Origin: Candidatus Kaiserbacteria bacterium
GTDB taxonomy: Bacteria; Patescibacteriota; Minisyncoccia; Phycocordibacterales; UBA918
Assembly (NCBI GenBank): GCA_007116965.1
Contig: SKHJ01000053.1
Span: forward strand, 1 to 36,158
Reading direction: 5' to 3'
DNA: 36,158 nucleotides
How positions within the stretch are numbered: position 1 is the first letter of the stretch; every line of letters starts with the position of its first letter. Shown in pieces: positions 35,167 through 36,158 of the stretch. The notes beneath the pieces are model-generated. The model was given only the letters and a program-made list of their open reading frames with translations, was not told where the DNA came from and did not search any database. Both the position numbers and the translations under genes were made by a program.

Positions 35167-35211
35167 TAGAAAATGGTAATGTGTGTACACATTACCATTT
35201 TCTATTGACAA
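35160..35211. repeat. Perfect 25-bp inverted repeat (2-nt spacer) carrying two outward-facing TTGACA boxes
   Basis: TTGTCAATAGAAAATGGTAATGTGT-gt-ACACATTACCATTTTCTATTGACAA. Confidence 0.95.
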
Positions 35212-35233
35212 AATCATAAATAAATGCTAGTAT
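35205..35233 (+). promoter_or_regulatory. Promoter TTGACA-N17-TAGTAT (with extended TG) for the sortase gene
   Basis: -35 at 35205-35210 and -10 at 35228-35233; an overlapping TATACT lies at 35231-35236. Confidence 0.7.
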
Positions 35234-35277
35234 ACTGCAAGCTGGGTTACTTACGAGACAGCAGCTAAACCAACGAT

Positions 35278-36069
35278 ATGACACAATTATCACCACAAAC
35301 AAATATGATCGAGACCATAGCTGGCGCTAAGCAGCGTTTTGTTATGGTGTTCGTTTCAGTTTTGGTGATCACGTATGGTTTCTTGGTAGCGATTGACTTT
35401 GTACCAGAACCGCCCGCGGCTGAAGCAGAATCGGTTGCTACTACGGGTCAGGATGATGTCGTTGCCACAGCAAGCGATGTTGTTGCTCATACAGCTCAGA
35501 CTGAAGTCGCTACTGGGTCTGAAGCGGCTCGTCAGTTGGGTGAAGAGGTTGAGCCACTGGCTACTCCGACTATCAGTCAGCAAGCGATCAGCTCAAGGGA
35601 AGCCTTGCCTGTACGTATCACCATCGACCGCCTCGACCGAACGGTACCGGTGCTGAATCCAACCTCTCGCAGGGTGGCCGACCTCGATGCAGCCTTGCTC
35701 GGTGGAGTAGTGCGTCACCCAGACGCAGCTGATCTGGTACGAGACGGTAATATTCTGATTCTAGGTCATTCAAGCCGATTACCAAACGTTGTGAATCGTA
35801 ATTTCCAAGCCTTCAATGACATTGAGCGTTTACAGTGGGGAGATACTATCCGTGTCTTCTCTGCCACCCACGAACATATTTACCGAGTTGATCGTGTGTA
35901 TGAAGCTCGGGCTAGTGAAGTGGTGGTGCCGATTGCTGATACCGGTCCGCGTTTGACCTTGGTTACTTGTAATAACTTTGGCGCTATTGAAGACCGATTT
36001 ATCGTGGAAGCAGAATGGCTTTCTGCTCGGGCGCTATACTTGAATTCTAATCTGAAACGCAACACTTGA
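35278..36069 (+). CDS. Sortase-family transpeptidase
   Basis: N-terminal TM helix; ILGHSS (His), LTLVTC (Cys), EDRFIVEA (Arg). Confidence 0.88.
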   Translation: MTQLSPQTNMIETIAGAKQRFVMVFVSVLVITYGFLVAIDFVPEPPAAEAESVATTGQDDVVATASDVVAHTAQTEVATGSEAARQLGEEVEPLATPTISQQAISSREALPVRITIDRLDRTVPVLNPTSRRVADLDAALLGGVVRHPDAADLVRDGNILILGHSSRLPNVVNRNFQAFNDIERLQWGDTIRVFSATHEHIYRVDRVYEARASEVVVPIADTGPRLTLVTCNNFGAIEDRFIVEAEWLSARALYLNSNLKRNT

Positions 36070-36158
36070 AACAAACATACTCGCCGGTACGCTAGTTGTG
36101 TTGGCAACTAATCAATACAAGCGAGTATGCACAAACATCTTAACCGCGTTGACCGCGC

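Noticed and set aside
25820..36158. Integrated element at tRNA-Thr
   Set aside because: No integrase, no duplicated tRNA 3' end noticed, and the downstream genes are housekeeping or lineage-typical.
1..36158. CRISPR array, IS elements, or UGA recoding (genetic code 25)
   Set aside because: No regularly spaced direct repeats or transposase motifs; conserved genes such as atpA and pheT end at TGA at the expected positions and have no in-frame TGA.

Overview
Gene-dense bacterial chromosomal window, mostly on the + strand, using genetic code 11 (TGA is a stop). Gene content and streamlining (short PheS, PheT without the B2 domain, split transketolase, short EF-Ts, almost no Shine-Dalgarno sites) suggest Patescibacteria/CPR, probably Parcubacteria; that assignment is inference. 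1-5.9 kb: a highly divergent F-type ATPase-like cluster in canonical order c-b-delta-alpha-gamma-beta-epsilon. Beta keeps the catalytic motifs, but the c-like hairpin has no ion-binding carboxylate and is fused to an upstream domain, the b-like stator is about twice normal length with three 36-aa repeats, and no subunit a is visible in the window. 6.0-14.8 kb, co-oriented: a ~1460-aa fibre/adhesin (shaft repeats, 7 LVIVD blades, S74 autocleaving chaperone), two paralogous WxL/pilin-like proteins, a DUF916/chaperone-like membrane protein and an FN3 protein. These two blocks together are the best candidate for an undescribed system: an F1-like motor uncoupled from ion flow and possibly linked to a surface appendage. 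The rest is housekeeping: gap-rpiB-rpe-tktN-tktC, a PfkB kinase, rplY, a coiled-coil lytic transglycosylase, rpmE2-prfA-rpsB-tsf, tRNA-Thr(UGU), a processive GT2, a PEGA-like protein, pheS-pheT, gyrB, and a divergent CARDB-protein/sortase pair whose two -35 boxes sit in one perfect 25-bp inverted repeat. Window-wide, 28 of 32 called starts are T-ATG, and several genes look leaderless. No CRISPR array, transposase, integrase or prophage was seen.
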